64,000 nt of DNA from Octopus vulgaris (taxonomy: Eukaryota), in NCBI GenBank assembly GCA_951406725.2, contig OX597825.1, positions 65,100,001 through 65,164,000 of the forward strand, in the 5' to 3' direction. This document shows, piece after piece, positions 56,531-64,000 of this stretch. A program made the position numbers and the translations under genes. The first letter of the stretch is position 1. Every line of letters starts with the position of its first letter. Below the pieces are notes generated by a model. The model was not told the DNA's origin, searched no databases, and worked only from the letters and a program-made list of their open reading frames with translations.

Positions 56531-56733
56531 ATCTTTTCTACTAAAGGCAAAAGGCCTGAAATTTTGTGGGGGGGGGGAACTACTGGATTGCATCGATCCC
56601 TGTTGTTTCACTGGTACTAAATTTATCGACCCCCCCAAAAGGATGAAAGGCCAAAGTCGACCTCGGCAGAATTTCAACTTAGAACGTAAAGACGAAAGAA
56701 ATGTCGCTAAGCTTTCAGCCAGCTTGCCGCCTT
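56531..56733 (-). mobile_element. SINE family B
   Basis: CTGGTACTAAATTTATCGACCCC...GGATGAAAGGCCAAAGTCGACCTCGGCAGAATTT...CCAGCTTGCCGCCTT. Confidence 0.8.
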
Positions 56734-56747
56734 ATATAATAAGAATG

Positions 56748-56824
<77 letters not shown>

Positions 56825-56868
56825 GGTGGTAGTTGCTGTAGTAGTAGCAGCAGTAATAGTAGTAGCAT

Positions 56869-56916
<48 letters not shown>

Positions 56917-56995
56917 AAGTAGAAAAAATAATAATAATACTACTAATAATAACAATAATAATAATAATAATAATTATTATTATTATTATTATTAC

Positions 56996-57052
<57 letters not shown>
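56748..57052. repeat. Compound (TAG)n/(TAA)n/(TTA)n microsatellite
   Basis: Directly visible. Confidence 0.95.
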
Positions 57053-57556
57053 TGTAAATATAATAATGTGATAACACTAACTGATTGGAAGTTTTATCAT
57101 GTACGTTGATTTGTCTTGGTATAAAAGATGAACTACAGCAAATATTCTGCTCAATACCACAGATTTGCTTGTAAGTTCTTTGACCATAACAAGTTGAGCA
57201 TGTCCCCTCTCGGCTGACGATAAGTGCATTTCTGTTCACGAGCATTGGGGGACCATCATAACCATGTTTTGAGGGTTTGAATAATTCACGTCCGGAAACC
57301 TAGGTGTTTTGTTCAACATCCTTAACCAACGCTTATTCAGAGACCTTTTGTGCGGGATGCGTTACTCGACCATAAGAAAATTTAACTGGGCACCAACACC
57401 AAGGCCAAACACTGTTTATCTTGAAATGAGATCACTATTTCTCGCACTTATATTAGTGACGCATCTGCCTCGTGCAAACTTATCGTTGGTTTATATCGGA
57501 CTTCATATATATGTACTCCAGTGTCAATTTAATGAGCTTCGCTGCTTTCTCACTTA

Positions 57557-57650
57557 ATGATGATGATGATGAGGATGATGATGATGATGACGATGATGAT
57601 AATGAGGATGATGATGATGATGACGATGATGATGATGATGATGATGATAA
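57557..57650. repeat. (GAT)n microsatellite
   Basis: Directly visible. Confidence 0.95.
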
Positions 57651-57854
57651 GGAGAAGATGAAGAAAATAGAATAAATAAATTTATTCATATTTTATTTTA
57701 ATAACAACTTCCTGATAATGTTATTTTCTGAAAACATCAAGAAATTTGTTCTCCCACACAAATACGCACAAATGTTAATGACCTTTATACAGATGAATGA
57801 AATAATTGTATTTAAACTCAAGTCCTACAGTTCATCCTTTTATCTATCTATCTA

Positions 57855-57896
<42 letters not shown>

Positions 57897-57897
57897 C

Positions 57898-57984
<87 letters not shown>

Positions 57985-58112
57985 AATCTATTTATTTATC
58001 TACCTATATATCTGTCCATATATCTATTTATCTATATATCTGTCTGTCTATCTAGTTATTTCTCTCTCTCTCTCTCTCTATCGGTCTTTCTATCTATCTA
58101 TCTATCTATCTA

Positions 58113-58237
<125 letters not shown>

Positions 58238-58840
58238 GTATCTGTGTCGCTATCTAAAAATTTATTTCTCCCTCTTTACGTGTGAATATATATAAAGACA
58301 CCCGCTCACATACACACACATATGCATATTTACATATACATATGCATAAGCCCATATATTTAAAATGTCTACTCACATGTACATAAATATATATAATACT
58401 GAGTGTGTGTGTGTGAGGGAGAGTTATTTATGTATTTATTTATTTATTGATTAATTTATTGCCAATTTGCAGCTCGATGCTAGTTACCACAAAGCCTGTG
58501 AAAAATCTAAATAAATAAATGAAAAACAGAATGAACGTTTCTGATTTTAATGACTGGCTCTCTAGCAAACAGTTTGATTTATTGGCCTTGTAGATACCAA
58601 TGTTACTCTTACTGTTGCTGTAAGAGTGTACATATGTATATCCGTTTCTCTGTGTGAGAGAAAGACAGGGTAATAGAGAGATAGGGAGACAGTCCTTGTG
58701 AGTGTGTGTGTGTGTGTGTGTGTTTAAGTGTGATTGCGTTTCATATAAAATTAGTTTACATAAATATATCAGAAATCAAAGAGGCCTCTTTGTACACATT
58801 CACACGCACACACATATATGTGTGTGTGTATATATATATC

Positions 58841-58889
<49 letters not shown>

Positions 58890-59651
58890 GTTTAAATATT
58901 TGTTGTGCAAGATTTTTTATGTGAAGTCGTGTGTTGAAACAGATATTGTTATATTTCGGAATGGTCATATTGCCAGTTTAGCCAATAAAAACACACGCAC
59001 TATATATTTGGTGTTATTTTGCTTCAGTGATATTTATTTTTTACATTAATCTTAATCTTATTTCGGCCAAAGTTCTTTCGTCACACTCCTGTGACCGCAT
59101 CAGTGGTCCTTTGTTTTCTTCTCACTTACTTGTGTCTCTCCTTACTAACCGTCAGCCATTTTGTATTTCTATTGTATGTCTTCATTTGCGCATGCTTATA
59201 TCTCTATGTGCGTCTATGTTTATTTAGTGTGTGGGGGGGGATGCCTGTAATATTTGTATCTTCTGGTTATATACATTCTTGTAATTTGTATTTTGTTTTT
59301 GTTGTTGTTGCTTTTGTTCTAATTTTATTCATGTGTTTACATCCACCCATTATTATCATTACATATGCTTGTATGTATGTATAACAACAATATTAGTAAT
59401 AATAATAATAAATCTAATCGAGAAAAAAAAAAAAAAAAAAAAAAATATACATATACATATATATATATATACATACATATACATATACATATATATATAT
59501 ATATATACATATATACACACATATATACACATATACATATACATATATATACACATATACATATATATAGATATTCATTTCTATTTCTTTAATTACCTGT
59601 GTATTTATTATGTTTGCAGGATCCACTATTGTCATATGTTGTGGTGTGCGC

Positions 59652-59843
59652 TCATCGATTCTGTACCAACACGCCGAACAAGAACACGGGGGATCAATCA
59701 ATAACATAGAGATTAAGATATTGTCCACACATAGAACAGATGCAACAATTAGACAAATTACAGAAGCTACACATATAATAGAAAATAAACCTAGCCTGAA
59801 TAGAAAACTAGAATGGAGCAATAGCGCACACCACAACATATGA
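59652..59843 (+). pseudogene. C-terminal fragment of a Penelope GIY-YIG endonuclease
   Basis: [55 protein letters not shown] fits the S-x-L-x-x-H-x4-H...R-x-I-x-EA-x-x-I-x4-P-x-LN pattern of PLE endonuclease ends. Confidence 0.8.
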
Positions 59844-60368
59844 CAATAGTGGATCCTGCAAACATAATAAATACACAGGTAATTAAAGAAATAGAAATGA
59901 ATATCTATATATATGTATATGTGTATATATATGTATATGTATATGTGTATATATGTGTGTATATATGTATATATATATATATATATATGTATATGTATAT
60001 GTATGTATATATATATATATGTATATGTATATTCTTTTTTTTTTTTTTTTTTTTTTCTCGATTAGATTTATTATTATTATTACTAATATTGTTGTTATAC
60101 ATACATACAAGCATATGTAATGATAATAATGGGTGGATGTAAACACATGAATAAAATTAGAACAAAAGCAACAACAACAAAAACAAAATACAAATTACAA
60201 GAATGTATATAACCAGAAGATACAAATATTACAGGCATCCCCCCCACACACTAAATAAACATAGACGCACATAGAGATATAAGCATGCGCAAATGAAGAC
60301 ATACAATAGAAATACAAAATGGCTGACGGTTAGTAAGGAGAGACACAAGTAAGTGAGAAGAAAACAAA

Positions 60369-60413
60369 GGACCACTGATGCGGTCACAGGAGTGTGACGA
60401 AAGAACTTTGGCC
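60369..60413 (+). ncRNA. Variant minimal type I hammerhead-like motif (mirror copy at 59065-59109, minus)
   Basis: GGACCA-CUGAUG-CG-GUCAC-AGGAGU-GUGAC-GAAAG-AA-CUU-UGGCC. Stems I-III are present; the core deviates at A9. Confidence 0.55.
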
Positions 60414-60527
60414 GAAATAAGATTAAGATTAATGTAAAAAATAAATATCACTGAAGCAAAATAACACCAAATATATAGTGCGTGTGTTTTTATTGGCTAA
60501 ACTGGCAATATGACCATTCCGAAATAT

Positions 60528-60630
<103 letters not shown>

Positions 60631-60846
60631 ATATATATATATAAAGGCTTATTTTGATGACCGCGAAGAAACCTCTGAACGCCACCGCTTCCTGACAGTG
60701 GCCGAGAACTGAGCTATTTTAAAGTAACTATTGCACATTTCATTTGTATTGAGTACATCTGTAGATTTTTGCACTTATATATATATATATACATCTAAAT
60801 GCGTGTGCATCCCCTCACTCACACACACAATCACACAAACACAAAC

Positions 60847-60885
<39 letters not shown>

Positions 60886-61086
60886 CGGTATGGGCTCCGT
60901 GTGAGCAGTCATCTAAATTTTTTTTGTGAATCTTGATACTGACATAAGTTCCTTGCTTTTCCTAATGAGAAGGCGGCATAATGCACCCCTTATTCCTTCG
61001 AAATTAGGAATATGCAGCCTTCGAAACATATGTCGAAAATAAAATAGACGAATTTTGTTAATTTCGTCGTTCAACTCCATTCTTAC

Positions 61087-61135
<49 letters not shown>

Positions 61136-61204
61136 AATACCAACGACATGTAGGTGTATACGTACACAAACATATGTGTATGAGCGTGCATGTATATGTG
61201 TGTA

Positions 61205-61254
<50 letters not shown>

Positions 61255-62223
61255 TATTTGCATACCCGATCGCCATCATCAACATGCTTATAGACAGCTC
61301 ACAATTAGGAGACGATATTTTTTCATATGGAACACTGAGCTCCCGTTTTGCTTTTTCAAATATATGAGTAGTTCTGTATTTTTGCTTCTTTTGATTTTCA
61401 TTATTTGTTTATGTTCTATTATCATGAGAGCATGTGAAACTCTGTCCTTTCTGTATAATATTCTGAACAGCACTTCTACGTATTTAAGATAGTGCAAATC
61501 GCTGCCTGTCCGTATACGTTGTATTATACACTATCCCGCATGCCTGTTCGTCTCCAGACGATCTCTCACTATCTCTCTCCCTCTCTCTCTCCCTCCCTCT
61601 CTCTCTCTCTCTCTCTCTTTTCTGATGCCTTGCGAAGTCCGAGCTCTCATAGCCTGGCTTGCAGTATACTTCGTCACTATGACTGCGAGCATTGATGAGA
61701 GTAAGCCTACATAGGAAAGTGTATCCGTCAACAAGTTGCTGACCTTTATGAATGACGGATTTAGGTTGTGTCACGTGGCTCAAGTCAGGATTTAGCTGTC
61801 AAAGAACATCCATCATTCATACCTTCATTTTCATGCTTAAATTAGTAACTGTACCGATATATAATTCCACCACGCTCCGGATGTTTTTATGCAGAGTTAA
61901 AAACTGCAGAAGAGAGTGAGAGAGACATTTAATGTACTTTACAGACGAAAACACACACATGGAAGCATATATATATTATTATGTTTTAGTTGTTGGACTA
62001 TGGGTATGTTAAGATAGTGTCTAAATGGGTTTTGCAAAACAACATAACTCTAGTATATTTTTTAAAAGCCTGCTGCTTACCTTGTCAGTTTTTTACGTCG
62101 AAACTCTCGTTGACTTGGACGTACAGAAGCCAACACCTGTTATTAAAATCGGGGGAGCAAACAAGCACAAACAAACACACACAAACACACACAAACACAC
62201 ACGCAAACACATACACACATGCA

Positions 62224-62288
<65 letters not shown>

Positions 62289-62476
62289 AATTCAACAGTT
62301 TATGCTTTTCACTCGGTTTATCTCTAACTAATTCACTAGTAGGGCATTTGTTTTCCCGGGACGAGGCATATGAAGAAATTTACCCAAGTCGCCGCGTAGG
62401 GAGACTAAACCTGAAACCGCATTGTTGCAAAGCGATCTTCTTATCTACAAATAACCTGCTTCCTACAATGAAAGAA

Positions 62477-62872
62477 GTGCCAATCAGGGGGAAGCACTCC
62501 GTCGGTTACGACGATGAGGGTTCCGATTGATCTGAATCAACGGAACAGCCTGCTCGTGAAATTCACGTGTAAGTGGCTGAGGACTCCACAGACACGTGTA
62601 CCCTTAACGTAGTTCTTGGGGAGATTCAGCGTGACACAGTGTGTGACAAAGCCGGCCCTTTTGAAATACAGGTACAACAGAAACAGGAAGTAAGAGTGAG
62701 AGAAAGTTGTGGTGAAAGAGTACAGCAGGGATCACCACCATCCCCTGCCGGAGCCTCGTGGAGCTTTAGGTGTTTCGCTCAATAAACACTTACAACGCCC
62801 GGTCTGGGAATCGAAACCGCGATCCTATGACCGCGAGTCCGCTCCCTTACCACTGGGCCATTGCGCCTCCAC
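62477..62872 (-). mobile_element. tRNA-derived SINE sharing the family C 3' domain, well preserved
   Basis: Minus strand GGAGGCGCAATGGCCCAGTGGTAAGG (A box)...GGTTTCGATTCCCAG (B box); 3' GTGGAGTCCTCAGCCACTT...GTCGTAACCGACGGAGTGC. Confidence 0.8.
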
Positions 62873-63119
62873 AGTGCCAATCAATTACATGCAAGGATCA
62901 GTTACCATCATAACATCACGGTATACCTCCTAGGATTTGTCATTCTACGTTTTGAGTTAGAAACTAGCGAAGTGAACTGAGCCTTCATTTCTCCGAGAAG
63001 AAAGAATACCAGTAATTTATTGATGTCGATGGCATCAGTTACACCACATCACAAAGGTAAATTATAAGGTCTTGTCTCCATATAATACGCACTTATTTAT
63101 TACATATCTGTATCCATGA

Positions 63120-63260
63120 TATTTTACTTGTTTCAGTCATTGGGTTGTGGCCATGGTATGGAAACCCCAGGAAGGGTTTAATCGAATAATTTTTAAGCCT
63201 GGTACATTTTTATAGCTTTCTTATGATTGACTAGGCTATAAGGACGTAAACATTGCAACA
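63120..63260 (-). mobile_element. SINE family A, 3' fragment
   Basis: TTTTACTTGTTTCAGTCATT...GGCCATG...AGGACGTAAACA. Confidence 0.55.
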
Positions 63261-63554
63261 CAAACACAAACAGGAAGAGACACATACGTAGCTATATACG
63301 TACACACACATAGATATATATACACACACACAAACACACACACACATACACACACTCACACATATATATATATATATATATATATGTGCGTATGTAGAGA
63401 GAGAGCGGGAGAGAGAGAGAGATTGGAGGTTGTGAAAATATTATGGTCAGGTCATATAAATTTAATATTTATTGAGTATTAACTGAAACAGCTGTAAGGA
63501 ATGATGATTAATTTTTTTGTACATAATAAACAATTATTAACTTATCTCCATTTT

Positions 63555-63619
<65 letters not shown>

Positions 63620-63799
63620 TATATGTACGTAAGTATGTATCTATGTATGTATGCGTGAGTGTATGTGTGTGTGAATTTCAAACCTTCCTAGACCCGTGTC
63701 TCCGCAGCAAGAAACCACTAAAAGCTTGTATCATTATACTGTGTGCATTAAGTAATATTTTCTTTTATTGAATGTGCTACTTTATTTGGTGAACAAACC

Positions 63800-63854
<55 letters not shown>

Positions 63855-64000
63855 TATATGTGTATACAGAATAGGATGAATCTGTATATGTGACAGTTTT
63901 TGTATATAATGATAAGACATAACTTGACATGCGTTAATTAAAATTTTGAAATATATTCAGATTATATTCTTTACAGTAAAACAACTATAATGGTATTTTT

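Noticed and set aside
57065-57405. Probable interspersed repeat remnant after the (TTA)n tract
   Set aside because: Looks like an abundant octopus repeat from memory, but only one copy is here and no diagnostic motif supports a class.
62790-62872. tRNA gene
   Set aside because: A and B boxes continue into SINE body sequence; this is a SINE head without a complete cloverleaf.

Overview
AT-rich eukaryotic non-coding DNA, saturated with microsatellites and tRNA-derived SINEs. The SINE types and repeat load point to a coleoid cephalopod, most likely Octopus (inferred, not verified by search). I can support no intact host gene; almost all ORFs in the track are microsatellite or SINE artefacts. 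The strongest signal is a set of hammerhead-ribozyme (HHR) retroelements in (TA)n tracts. At 29446-30324 a 485-nt unit is repeated about 1.8 times, and each repeat carries a complete type I HHR on the minus strand. This retrozyme-like layout predicts a self-excised, circularisable 485-nt RNA. At 58888-60535 a young Penelope-like element has a GIY-YIG C-terminus between ~710-bp inverted pLTRs with a variant HHR, and a miniature copy lies at 44041-44232. Further foldback/pLTR relics carry variant HHR cores at 33.2-33.5 kb, 49.7 kb and 44.3 kb. Also present: two non-autonomous Helitrons, 3' ends of a Tx1/L1-like and an R4/Dong-like LINE, a MITE, three SINE families, a GC-rich hairpin island, and a weakly supported decayed lectin/PAN-like gene. 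SINE and relic boundaries are approximate.
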